Positions 10,299 to 22,569 of a stretch of 64,000 nucleotides of DNA are shown here, in pieces. Source of the DNA: Gracilinanus agilis (lineage: Eukaryota); assembly GCF_016433145.1 (NCBI RefSeq), contig NC_058133.1, positions 389,697,456 through 389,761,455 on the forward strand, written 5' to 3'. The first letter of the stretch is position 1, and every line of letters begins with the position of its first letter. The position numbers and the translations under genes were made by a program. The notes under the pieces were generated by a model. That model searched no databases and had not been told where the DNA came from. It saw only the letters and a list, made by a program, of their open reading frames with translations.

Positions 10299-13200
10299 AT
10301 AAGTGCAGATTGTATTTATCATTTATTTATTATACATTTATCATTTCCTTCTAAATTCTGTGTCCTCATATTCCCAATCTTTCTTTTACCTTTCACTGTG
10401 ACTCCAGCCTTCATCTCAGACCGTTAGAAGCATCTAGAGTCAGGAAGACCTAACTTCAAATCCATTCTCAGAAACTCATTAGCATTATGATCCTGGGAAA
10501 GTCATTTAGCCTGTTAGCCTCAGTTTCCTCATTTATGTAAGAGAGATACTAAGAGTATCTTTCTATTAGAAATCTTGTGATAAAACGTGATAATATTTTT
10601 TATAAAATATGTTTAAACCTTAAATGCAATTGTATGTGCTCGTTTTTCAGTTAAAAATCTTGAAAATTCTTTCTGCCCTTGTGTCTGCTTTTCACTGACT
10701 ACCACTTACTCTTTGTGGTTGGACTTCTGTTCCTCACAACACTAGTGAAATTGTTTTCTTTAAAGTCACCAGGACCAGGTCATCAAATTAAATTGTCTTT
10801 TCTCAGTCTTTCACTTCTCCTCAGATTTTGACACTGATGACCATGCCATTATGCTCTTTATTTTCTCTTTCCTTGGATTTAGGAATAATATTCTACTGGC
10901 CTTTCTTTTACCTCTTTTTCTGCCTACTATAAAATCTTCTTATCCTCTTTATGACTCTCCTATCTGGGCTTTTCAAAGTGTCAGTACTGGGCCCTCTCAG
11001 TCTATTGCATCTCCAGAGTCAAGACTCTCCTGGAATTCTCACTCATTCTCACAACTTTAACTACCATCTAGAGCACCATCTAGGCAGATACTTTATATAT
11101 AATTTTTATCTCTATTCCTATCCTTTTCCTGGCATCTAGAACCACATTTTAACCTGAATGTCTCACCATCACCTCAATTTCAGTATATCCAAAATCTGTC
11201 TCAGTAACTAGGAACAAGTCACTTAATAATACTGAACTTCAGGTTTCTAAATTATAAAAATGAAATAAAAGGAATCATTTGTACTAAGTAATCTCTAAAG
11301 TTTCTTCCAAAACAAAGTTTATAATTTGGCAATTCCCCCTAAAACTATAGTAGATTTCACTATTTTTCTTCTGTGGTGCTTTCATGCGGGCTTCCCTGTT
11401 TATAGTATTGAGATTATTTTTTACTTATAGTTCTCTCATAGCTCAAATATCCATTTATGTCCAGACTTGGTTGATTCCACATGTATAGAAGGATGTATTT
11501 GTAAATGTTTGACAAGTGGTACTAAAAATATTTAAATGGATATTTATCAAGACATTTTAAAGCTAAATCTTCATTATTTACTTTTTCTTTATCAATTCCT
11601 TAATTCTAGATAATCTAAAAATAATAACTCAGGTACTTATTTATAGCATTGATTGATTTCTAAGGTGTAAATGCTCACACTGAAATTTTAAACAAAGATT
11701 CTCTTGCATTCAGTGGGTCTGATATGACAGAATTATTTTGTTACAATCAAATTATTCCTTTTTTGTGATTTTATTGTGAGTTTGACATGTCCATTTCCTT
11801 CTAATTCTTTCCTGGAGGTCTTTATTCTGACTGATATTTTTTAGCATTTTGATCTGTGTTCTTCTGGGCCCACCAACACATGAAGGTCCCTTGGTAACAA
11901 GAGATTGATTATCATAAGGAAGAAAATCACATGAAGAGCTTTGGTGGGATGGCACACCTTGAAAGCTAGAACTATACTGGTTTCAACTTGGTATCACCAG
12001 TTCCTGGCATCATGCCTTTTTTGTTAAATTACAGTCCAATTCAGCAAATATTTATTATGTACAAGTGAGAACATGAAACAGATATTGGAGATATTTAAGG
12101 GTAGAAGTAGAGGAAAAATCATGGCAGTTGTATTAGAGGAAGAAAGATGAACCAAGCAATAACTCCTCTGTGATTCTGAGCCTGAGAGTCTTAAATTGCC
12201 CTATAAACAGGAGACAAGAGTGTATTTTAAAAATAATTTTTAATGGAAGTTAAGATATCCAATGGTTGATCTTTTATTTGTTTGTTTATTATTTGCTTAT
12301 TTGATTTTAAGGATGTGATTCCTTCTCAGATGTAATTTAGAAAACATGACTTCAAAGGGACTATGTAACTCTGAAATTCAATAATTTGATAATTCCCTTT
12401 TCCCAAAATCAGAAGTATTTCTTCCTGTAGTCTGGTCTCTTTTTGCTCCACTCAAAAACTTCCTTTTTCATCTTTCATTCTACAATTTCATTTCTCCTCA
12501 GTTACAGGTGTCTTTGTAATAGTTTCTTGATTTCTAATATTCTCATAAATATTCTGGTAGCTATTTAGCAAAATGAATAAAGAATTAAAAGTAGAGTCAG
12601 GAATATAGAAATTCAAATACTGCCTCACATAATCACTGGTTATATAACCCATGGTAAATCATTAATTGCTCTCTGCCTCAGTTTATTTATCTATACAATG
12701 GAGATAATAATAGTTCTTTTTGCAAGGATCACTTGTGATCATATAAACACGTTTTGCTTACCTTTAAGTGTACATATTGTATCATCCTAGCTTTGTTTGC
12801 TGCGGTCATTTTCCTTGCTATTGCTGTTATACTCATATTTATACTTTATATACTTTTGCCAGTGAGGAAACAAGTTATAATTCAGTGTAGAATGTGTTGG
12901 GGGAAGTACGTCTCTGTCAGTTAGTGAAACAATTGTTTTCATCTCAAAATTTTTTCTTATTGAATACCCAAAACGAAACTCACAAGAAAATGGAATGGAA
13001 AGATACTATAAGGATTTATGTTGTCATTCTTTTTTTCTCAGAAATGTTTAATGCATGTAAATGGAAAATACAAAACATGTAAAAGAATTAACATTCTTTT
13101 TCAAATATTTTAAATCAAAAATATTTTTGCTTTCTTCAACCCGCTGTATACCAGAGACAGAGAATAATTTTATGTAGAAGTTATATTGCTATCATACAAA

Positions 13201-13408
13201 CATATTGATGATAAACCTCAGATGCCAGAGCTCTTGAGCCTTGAGTAATGACTTCCTTCTTAAAAGGTTAGGAGTCTTTTTCTTAGACATTGGTTATCAC
13301 ATATCAGAAATAGGACATAAAGCAGGTCTCTTGGAACTTGTCTGGTGCTTTATCCATGTTTCCATAATGGTTATCAAAATTAATAAGAAACCTAAACCCC
13401 TCTTTATG

Positions 13409-13540
13409 GTTCACACTTCATACCTTAGGGATTTCATTATAAAAGTTTGAGGGAGATTCATTTATTCTCTTTCCCCCTTTAAGTATACTTTATGATTGGC
13501 TGTTTCATGACTCCTTAGGGAACTATAACCTAATAAAAGA
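13409..13540 (+). promoter_or_regulatory. Candidate promoter module: 25-bp T-box-like/AGGGATT motif, O/E-like site CTCCTTAGGGAA and TAATAAAAGA
   Basis: GTTCACACTTCATACCTTAGGGATT at 13409-13433 and TAATAAAAGA at 13531-13540. The same arrangement occurs upstream of all five intact genes. Function is inferred. Confidence 0.45.
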
Positions 13541-13979
13541 GTCTTTTGACAACTTTCTCAACCAACACACAGATCATTATTTCTCAATTTTCCTACATGC
13601 TAACCAACACTAATGCCATTAGGAGTGTGAGAAAGTACCAACAAACTCTCAACCATTGGATTAAAGGACCAGTTGAAAAGGTAAATAATTAAAGATAATT
13701 TTTAAAATCACTAGTAAGTGGCATGTGTAATTAAAAGAAAATTTTCACTATTTTTAAATTTTGGTATATGTCAAAAGGACAAAGTCCATTTTTTCAGCCT
13801 CAAAATAATGAAGAAATTATGGATCATTATATGATGGCTTTTGACCTTATGTCAAAAGTAACTATATATATAACATAGTGACTGTAATATTTCTGTGTTG
13901 ACAACGTATTTTTATCTCTCCTCTCAAAATATGAAATTTTAGCAATATTCCATGTGCAAATGGACTGAAATCAAGGAAT

Positions 13980-15062
13980 ATGGAGTTACATGAAGATTCA
14001 CATAGGGAAGTAGGGATTGACCATTCCTCCCAACTTATAGCTGTGCAGTTCTGTTTTGAGAATGTGAATAAATCCTGCATCAAAACCACATACTCCCCCT
14101 TTCCTCGAATAATTCTCTATGTGGTCTTTGGCTTTGGGATTCTGCTGGCAGTATTTGGCAACTTGCTGGTCATCACTGCCATTCTTCACTTCAAGCAGCT
14201 GCACACACCTACAAACTTCCTCATTGCCTCCTTGGCCTGTGCTGACTTTTTGGTTGGACTCACTGTGATGCCCTTCAGCATGGTGAGGTCAGTGGAAAGT
14301 TGCTGGTACTTTGGGGAGAGTTTCTGTAAATTTCACACCTGTTTTGATGGATCATTTTGCTATTCTTCTCTCTTCCATTTGTGTTTCATCTCTATTGATA
14401 GATATATTGCTGTCACTGACCCTCTGATCTATCCAACCAAGTTCACAGTGCGCATTTCAGGGATATGTATTGCTCTCTCCTGGGGTTGTTCAATAACGTA
14501 TAGTTTTTCTCTCTTTTACACAGGGGTCACTGATGATGGGTTGGAGGATCTGGTCATTGCTCTCAGTTGTGTGGGAGGTTGCCAGGGTGCAATAAATCAA
14601 GACTGGGTTCTTGTTGGATTTCTTTTGTTCTTTATACCAACAATTGCTATGCTCACTATATATGGCAAAATTTTTTTAGTGGCTAAACAGCAGGCTAGAA
14701 AGATAGAAAGTAGTAGCAACCAAGCTCAGGCTTCTGCAGAGAGCTATAAAGAAAGAGTAGCCAAAAGAGAGAGAAAGGCTGCTAAAACATTGGGAATTGC
14801 TATGGCTGTGTTTCTTGTCTCCTGGCTGCCATATTTCATTGATATACTAATTGATGCTTATATGAATTTCATAACTCCAGCTTATGTCTATGAGATCTTA
14901 TTGTGGTTTGTTTATTATAATTCGGCTATGAATCCTTTGATCTATGCCTTCTTTTACCCTTGGTTTCGGAAAGCAATAAAGCTCATTGTGAGTGGCAGAA
15001 TCTTGAGGAATGATTCTTCATCAATGAATTTATTTTCTGAAGAAGTGGAAATCCACAACTGA
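13980..15062 (+). CDS. TAAR9: Trace amine-associated receptor 9-like (class A olfactory GPCR), 360 aa, single coding exon
   Basis: [24 protein letters not shown]3.32 (CFD123GSF), [21 protein letters not shown] and [11 protein letters not shown] are all present, with the TAAR9-type C-tail NLFSEEVE. Strong Kozak context AATATGG. One of several paralogs, so 1:1 orthology is not established. Confidence 0.93.
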   Translation: MELHEDSHREVGIDHSSQLIAVQFCFENVNKSCIKTTYSPFPRIILYVVFGFGILLAVFGNLLVITAILHFKQLHTPTNFLIASLACADFLVGLTVMPFSMVRSVESCWYFGESFCKFHTCFDGSFCYSSLFHLCFISIDRYIAVTDPLIYPTKFTVRISGICIALSWGCSITYSFSLFYTGVTDDGLEDLVIALSCVGGCQGAINQDWVLVGFLLFFIPTIAMLTIYGKIFLVAKQQARKIESSSNQAQASAESYKERVAKRERKAAKTLGIAMAVFLVSWLPYFIDILIDAYMNFITPAYVYEILLWFVYYNSAMNPLIYAFFYPWFRKAIKLIVSGRILRNDSSSMNLFSEEVEIHN

Positions 15063-18000
15063 GAAAAATCTTGGCAAAGAATTCCAAGGTAATGATGATT
15101 AAAAATGAAAGGTAAAATAGAATCTCTTGGACAGTTCAAGAAATGTAATCTACTTGTTTCTCAAATTCATAGAAAACTGCTTTCAAATGGTGATAATCCT
15201 GAGACATTTTTTATCTTCATATATATACTCAGAATTTATTTTCAAGTTAATATCACAAGTAGAGAATGCTTATTGACAAGGTCAAATTTTTATATGGTTG
15301 TTGATTATGAGTGAAGTTGATCCAAGGAGGTCACAGACAGAAGCAGAGAATCAATATGCACCAAATATTCATAACAGCCTTACTTGAGGTAGCAAAGGAC
15401 AGGGAACAATATTGATTCCCATTAATAAGGGAAGGAATGGAAGCCCCAAAAATGGAAATAAAAGGGTCACTACATATGACCTGGACTCTCAATAATTAAA
15501 ACATTAATAATAGGCCTATTAAACAGATAATCAAACATAACTTTGTCTTGTTAGCAAAGAAGTGAGAAATTACAAGGGTTTTCAAAGTCAGATGTACTTA
15601 TTCTATTAATGGGTTTTTTTGTATATTTCCTTAAGTTTTTTTCTTTGTTACCATTCAAGGTCCAATTCTGTGTGGAGAGGTGAGGTGAGATAAAAAGGTA
15701 TTAATAAAACTGTCAAAAATATAAAAATTGAAGGCATCAATAAATCTATGTGTGTTCAATGTAGTTAACTAGTTATTATCTTCAGCTATACTCATTTGAT
15801 AAGAAAAAAGATTAGAGTTAGGAAAGATTAAACTTTGTACTTGTCTTTTGCTTCTTTCTTCAAACAACTTTGAATTTTAATTTTTTTCTTTGTACTATTT
15901 TCATCAATGTTTGGGACCCAATATAAAGGAAATAGCAGCAGCTAGTATTTACATATGCATTTTAAGGTTTAGAGAGTGATTTACAAATATCTCTTTTTAA
16001 TACTAGTAGGCTTCTAGGATATGGACATTATTATCCCCATTTTTTAACAGAGGAAATTGTGGCAGAAACAAGCTATTTGACTTGTCTAGGATCACACAGT
16101 CAATGAATTTCTGAGGCTGAATTTGCATACTATTCTTATTACTCCAAGATGAATGCTATCTCAGTTTTGCTTCTCTAGTTGCCTCCAAATAGCAAATAAT
16201 GTATGAAAATTCCTAAAAATGAAATAGGTGGTAAATAATAAAATAGTAGGATCAACAGTATAGTTTCCTGAATTTTCTATGATTTTTATAATAAAAACAC
16301 TTAAAAATTCTCTTTGATGTTATAATGATTTGTGAGTATTTTTTTCCCCTAAATTCTAAGTCAGGGCTCTCGCTGCCTGCCTAAGGGATTTGAATGGGAG
16401 GAAATATGTAAAATAAACCAAAAAAACTCCAATTTCAGGCATAGTTACTTGTATTTCCTCTCTATGTAGTTATTTCTACTTCTAGAAAATAGAAAATTTA
16501 TTCTGCAAAATTTCAAGATTTAAATCAGGAGGAGCAGTGGATAGAGAACCACATCTGGAATTTGGACGTCTCATCTTCTTGAGTTCCAAGACTACCTGTG
16601 TGACCCTGGTCATTTAACTGTTTGCCTTAATATTCTCCTATGTAAAAGAAGGTGGAAAATGACAAATCATTCTGTATGTTTGCTTGCTAGGAAAATGCTA
16701 GATGAAATCATGTTGACTCAGACAAACTAAAACAGCTCAAGAAAAGCCACAAAACATAACTACCAACATATTGGTGGTAGGTTTGAAAAATTTTCCAAAT
16801 ACTCCTTTCCTTGTCTATGCCACTGCTCACATCTTCCATTTCTATGCTAAAAGTGTGTTGTGGTACAGACACTTCATGTTGTTTGAAATATATTTTAAAT
16901 AATAAACTTGACTTAAATGTAAAACATTTTTAGGAATTGTCTGTAAGTTTCTATTTCAATTTTTCTTCCTAAAGTGAGCATAAAACACTCCCTTACCTCT
17001 GTGTTGTGTTCTTCACATTAAAATATGTTGTTTTTGAAAATGTGGCCTTTCTTTCATACATGGAGAATGACTCAAACAAAGCAAATTGTTCTTTCATCAT
17101 TTTAGAAACTGTCCTCTGAGCACCAATAAACTCCTTCCCCAAATATCAAGATGTTCTTTAACCATCTTGTGGACAGCAGAGTTGTAGAGATTTAAAAATA
17201 GAAGTACCATGAATCTATATTCTGATTTAACTTGAAAAGAAAGCTGATAAAGGATTAATCCAATATAATGCAAACATTGCCCTTTGCAAATTTTGTTAAT
17301 GTACTGAAAGGGACACACGTTTTACAAGTAGAGTCCATGGTATGCTTGTATGCTGTGACATTTAGGGAGCTCTTGGTCATTTGTGGGGGAACGAGGGCTT
17401 CTAGCCTCTGGCCTTGATGCCTTTTCCTTTCCCCAGGCAGGCTGCTGGGAGGCTTTCCACAAAGCTCCTCTGCTTCCTATGCAATTACCTGATTGCATCA
17501 TGCTACAGACTTTTACCTCACATAACCACTGTCTATCCTTACCACCTCTCTCAGGCCAACTTCTGTGCCACCTGTTGTGCATAATATCTACTTCCTGGGG
17601 CTCCTAAATTGAATTTCAGACTCTAAAATTGCTCCTCTTCAGGTCCCCTCAAATGCCCTACCCCTCTCACAAAGGCAAGAAATAGGGAGCAATGTAAAAG
17701 GTGGAGGTAAGGATATAGCATTTTTGGAATTGGAGACAACATGTGCAGAAACATAAAGGCAGGAAATGGGAATATGTCTGAGAAAAACAGCAGAGCCAGT
17801 TCAGAGGGACCATGGAGGACAGAAAGGTGAATAATTTATAATGAGTTTGGAAAGGCTGCTTGGATCCAGGCTGTGAGGGGCTTAAAGTCACAAGTAAGAA
17901 AAAGAGTCAGCAGATGCACGTAGGAACTCAAACCTGGCTCAGGAGTTTGGAAGGTCAAAGAATATTACACAGAGATTGAGGAGGGAAAAGACTATTGAAA

Positions 18001-19664
18001 CCTTACCCATTTGAGGCTCTTTCCATAGAGAGTAGAGTTGGAATCTATTAAAAAGGATCTTTCTACATTCCACATGATATTGATGAATGTCCACAGATTT
18101 CACTAGCAAAGGAGAAATAGTCTTTCCTAGGTAGAGAAATGAAGCTACTCCTGGTGATTGGAGAACACTGGATCTGTAGAAGTTGTATTCTGGGATACAA
18201 GACAACAATCCATAAGCAGTATGATATTTTCCCAGGGTGAGTATCTAGGACAGAGATTCCCAAACTTTCCCACATTTTGTGGCTCTTAGATAGCTTGTAC
18301 CTTGCATATAAATCTAAAAACTAATACAAAATAGTTTTAATTAATTTTTATAGATAATATTTTGCAGCGAGTATGTTTTATTTTCATTAACACTACTAAT
18401 TTTTAAATAATTCAACAGAAAAACATCATTATTTAACAACATTCTCTTGACAACCTTGACAAATTTCTCATATCCCCATTAGTTTGTGTACTCCAGGTGG
18501 GGAACCTCTACTTTAGGATATGACAAGTAACCTTCAAAGATTTGCTAAACTTCAAAACTATCAAATCAAATTCCATTGAATCAGCCAATCATCTTCAAAT
18601 GTTCTATTAATCGAACTCTTTCTATTTTATATGGGTAAACATCTTGTCCAAGATGTCATTCTGTTCTATTCCTTTTCGCCCCCCTTTTTTAAGTAGACAA
18701 TGGACTTAATTTTTAATTCCAATTAATTCTGGTGATTCACAATAGAAAGAAAGGTCAGAACTGAAACAGAACTCAGAGGAGATTTAACACAAACCATTCC
18801 TAAATAAAATTGTCTGTACAATGCCCCTTTTTTAGCAGTATTTACTTGAAAATCTCTAAGAAGAAAAACCCCACACTCTCTCACAACCAAGCCACATTCT
18901 CTAGGAGGAAGCCACTACCCATTTGAGAGACTATAACTGTGGATGATCTTTCCCCTTTACTGAAAGTCAGTCTGAATCTTCTTTTTCCAGATCTTAGTCC
19001 TGTTTCTTCCATCTGAGGTTCAAAGTCTGATCCCTTTTCCACAGGAAAGCTAGTAAATGAGCCAATCATTCTCAAAGGTGCTGTTAATGAGAATGTTTCT
19101 ATCCTATATTGGTAGACATCTTGCTCTCAGTGTCGATCTGCTATATTCCTTTTCTTCCCTCCTCTTGCTACAGGCACAGGGACTAACCTCCTATTTCACT
19201 GAAAACTGAGACCATTGAACAAAAAGAATACCATCAGTTTTTCTCTTCTGTTCATCAATCCTCCTTGCCTTCATTAACAACTTTATTTCTCTCACCAAAG
19301 AAGATGACACTAAAGTCAATGCATCTATTTGCACTCAATCTCTCTTGTGTCCCATGATGTCTGGCTTAAGTGAGATTTACTCTAAAGTAGAGCCATGAGT
19401 TGTGGCTCATATCAGTGATCCTAGCTCTCAGGGAGGTTGAGGCTGGAGGATTACTTGAGCTTTGAAGCTGTCAGTTGCAGTAGCTAAGTCAGTCAGGTTC
19501 CTTAATAAGTCAGGCATCAATGTGGTGAACCACCAGGAATGTATGTGGAAAGGCTAGGGACCATATTGGCTAAAGTGAGGAAAATTAGGCAGTAAACTGA
19601 GTACATCAAAGTTCTCATACTGATCAGTAGCGGAATTGGACAGGGTTTTCAGCCAGAGAAAGGG

Positions 19665-21065
19665 CAGTGATTATGTACCTTTTAGAGAATGAGTGCCTGA
19701 CCCAGCTCCCATCTTACCCCCTCAGATGGAGTGCCATGCCATGCCTGCCCTGAGCCCCTGCCCACCCCCTTACCCTAGACAGGGGAGGGAGGAAGTATTC
19801 TTATTGGGCTGCTGGGCAGAGGAGCAAATAATGAGAGGCATATGTGGAGAGGGGGAGGAGAGTGGTCTGAGTGCTCTGCTCCCTTCCAGCTATGTGTCAC
19901 ACTGTGAGCAACACTCCCCTCAAACCAACTCCTCTCCAGTCCCACAATGAGAATCACCTCATCATAGACTCAATAGCCTGCCGTCTGCACCACACTCTCA
20001 AGCCTGTGAACTCCACCCCCAATGCCTTACCCCAAACAGGAGAGAGAGGAAGTACTCCCATTGGGCTGTTGGGCAGAAGGGTGGGTCATGTGAGAAATGT
20101 CTTTGGGTGTGTATAGAGGGGTAGGGGAACAGCTCTTTCCTGAGACCCTTGTTAATATGAGGGGGTTGTTCAGTTGTATATTGAAGATATAATAGCCTAT
20201 TACTAGGCTATAAATAGATTTAGTTGTTGAGAGTTGATGGTTGAGAGTTTGGTGGACCAGTAGTTGAAAAGACTTGACTGGGGATAAATCTTCTATAAAA
20301 ACCTATTTATTATATTTACTTCTATAGAAACAGTGATAGATAGCAAAAGGAAATTGGAGATAGTGAAAAAGTAGTTTAGGAACTGTAATTCTAAAATTAT
20401 CTTAACTAAAGCAACCCCCAAAATCTATCTTTCTTTGTGATCACTAAGAGTGATCTTTCTTATTCTACTCTAACTAAATTCCCATATATCTATCTTTCTG
20501 TCCTATACTAAATATGAACTTATAATCAGAGAGGAATCAGTTAGATTTCTTTTCATACTGCTCAGATGAAAAAAGCAGCTTTTAGAATCTTCATAAACTT
20601 TCTCCACTCAGATACACTCACTCTTTTCTGCCACCAACTGGGCTCAGCACTGGTACTGCACCCAATTCAATCCTTAATCTCTGGTTTCAAGAGATAAATT
20701 AATTAGAAATTTCTCACAAATCACAGAGCAGCCTCCTTAAACAACCTTCCTTATTCAGGATTGTTCAAAGATGAGCCTGTTGGTCCAACTGTCTTTCCCA
20801 AAGCTCCTGGAGAAAATTTTCTTCCCATGAGTCACCTTTGAGATTCCATTCTGGTTTAAAGAAATCCAACCCACTCAACCTCTCACTTATCCATCAATCA
20901 GTAACAATATTCTACTTCCTAATTAATTCTTAATTAACTAACAAATATTCTACTACACCCTCTGCCTATTGAGTAACAAACACTGGCAGGCAACTGCAGG
21001 TGTTCCAACAGAAAGGGGCTCTGCATGCACTTTTTGGCATGCATGTCATAGGTTCACCATCATGG
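19665..21065. mobile_element. Non-autonomous hAT-type DNA transposon, about 590 bp net, with a nested LTR
   Basis: Decayed TIRs cagtgattatgtacctttt... and ...cataggttcaccatcatgg, resembling CAGTGATGGCGAACCT. 8-bp flanks AGAAAGGG/AGATAAGG (6 of 8 match). Empty site near 9255. Confidence 0.65.
20150..20957. mobile_element. Solo LTR, 808 bp, ERV1-like, nested in the hAT element
   Basis: TGTTA...CTACA ends with a 4-bp TSD CCCT (20146-20149, 20958-20961). Confidence 0.75.
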
Positions 21066-21701
21066 AGATAAGGAGATGCAGGCTTAAAAAAAGTAAAAAT
21101 AAAAATGCATGAAACCAAAATAAAGCCTGAAAAACTTTCTTCCAAAATGATGTCTTACTGTTTTATTTTGTTAGCTAACATAGATACAAACTGTTTCCAT
21201 TAAGGTCACCAGTGACTTAATCACAAAATTAAATGGCCATTTCTCAGTCATTAAATTCTCTATGTAGACTTTGAGACTGATGATGATGCTATTATGCTTT
21301 TTATTTTCTCTTTCCTTGGATTCAGGAATAATATTCTACTGGCTTTTCTTTTACCTCTTTCTCCTTCTCTACTCATCCTCTTTATGACTCATCCATCTGG
21401 GCATTTCCAAGTGTCAGCATTGGGTCCTCTTAATCTATTCCCTCTCCAGAGTGAAGAGTCTCCTCTGGAATTCTCACTCATTCTCACAACTTCAACTACA
21501 ATCTAGAGTACCAACTAGGCAAATATCTTACATATCTTTATCTCTATGATTATCCTTTTTCTCACATCTAGAGCCAAATCTTAACTTGAATATTCCATTA
21601 TCACCTAACTTTAGCATGCCCCAAATCCATCTCACTGACAAGGAGCAAAGCACTTAATAATACTGGTCTTTCTTCAGTTTTCTTATCTATAAAAAGGAAG
21701 G

Positions 21702-21772
21702 AAAGGTTTTGAAATACATAGTTTATAGTCGCTTCCAAAAAGGTTTTGAAATACATAGTTTATAGTCGCTTC
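21702..21772. repeat. Direct duplication of a 34-bp unit (period 37)
   Basis: aaaggttttgaaatacatagtttatagtcgcttc occurs at 21702 and 21739. Confidence 0.9.
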
Positions 21773-21852
21773 TAAATCTCAGTCTGTGATCCTGCAAATC
21801 CTACTAAAGATATATTTGGGCTCATTATTTTTTCTCTGTGGCTCTGACTTTT

Positions 21853-22569
21853 TCCCCCCACATCATTTTATTTATTTTTTTCAAATATTTTTCCATGGTT
21901 ATATGAATCATGTTCTTGCCTACTCTTCTTCCCTCCCCCCTCCAAGAGTTAACAAGCATTTCCACTGGTTTATACATATCTTATTATTCCAAAACCATTT
22001 TCATATTATACATATTTATAACAGAGTAGTCTTTTAAAAAGCACAATGCCAAATCATATACCCATATAACTATGTGAAAAATCAAATGTTTTTCTTCTGC
22101 ATTTCTGCTCTAGGTGTGAATAGCATTCTTTTTTATAAGTTTCATGGGATTGTTTTTGCTCATTGAATTGCTATTAGTAGCAGAGGCCATTACATTTTAC
22201 CATCCCACAATTTTTCAGTGACTGTGTACTGTGTTCTCCAGGTTTAGCTCATTTCACTCCACATAAATTCAGGGAGGTCTATCCAGTTCTTATAGAAATC
22301 AAGTAGTTCATCATTGCTTATAGTACGATAGTATTCCTTCACCATCATATACCAAAATTTGTTCAGCCATTCCCCAATTGAGGGACAGCTCCTTCCCATT
22401 TTCTAATTTTTTGCCACCACAAGGAGCACAGATATAAATATTTTTGTACAAACATTGTTTTATCTCTTTGGGGGTACAAAACCAGTTCTGGTATAGGTGA
22501 ATCAAAGGGGTATGCAATCTTTTAAAATTCTTTGGGCATAATTCCAAATTGCCTTCCAGAATGATTGGA
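21853..22569 (-). mobile_element. 5'-truncated L1 (ORF2 C-terminus plus 3' UTR)
   Basis: The minus strand encodes frameshifted L1 ORF2 C-terminal motifs (LWNYA, PKEI, CPSIGEWLNK-like) followed by a marsupial L1 3' UTR and A-rich tail. Absent from the paralogous block near 11370. Confidence 0.8.

Larger units (their letters stand above)
10640..19660 (+). repeat. Segmental duplication unit of the TAAR9-like genes (upstream block, gene, downstream block)
   Basis: The upstream block (~10640-13980) aligns with ~21120-25320. The downstream block (15063-19660) aligns with 630-9260 (minus the LTRs), with 36018-41400 and partly with 26403-29990. About 80-90% identity by eye. Confidence 0.85.

Noticed and set aside
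13998-14204. Recurrent antisense ORFs over the TAAR genes (also 521-706, 25338-25544, 34118-34318, 45011-45211, 56936-57136)
   Set aside because: They are shadow frames whose recurrence is explained by identity of the sense-strand genes.
14975-14980. AATAAA inside the TAAR9-type CDS (also 542-547 and 26315-26320)
   Set aside because: It is a by-product of the A-I-K codons in helix 8, with no evidence of use as a poly(A) signal.
17493-17500. Exact TTGCATCA (C/EBP-ATF-type; recalled as a TAAR enhancer motif)
   Set aside because: It is a single 8-mer not conserved in the paralogous blocks (TTGTATCA near 5132, deleted near 39115), so it is expected by chance.
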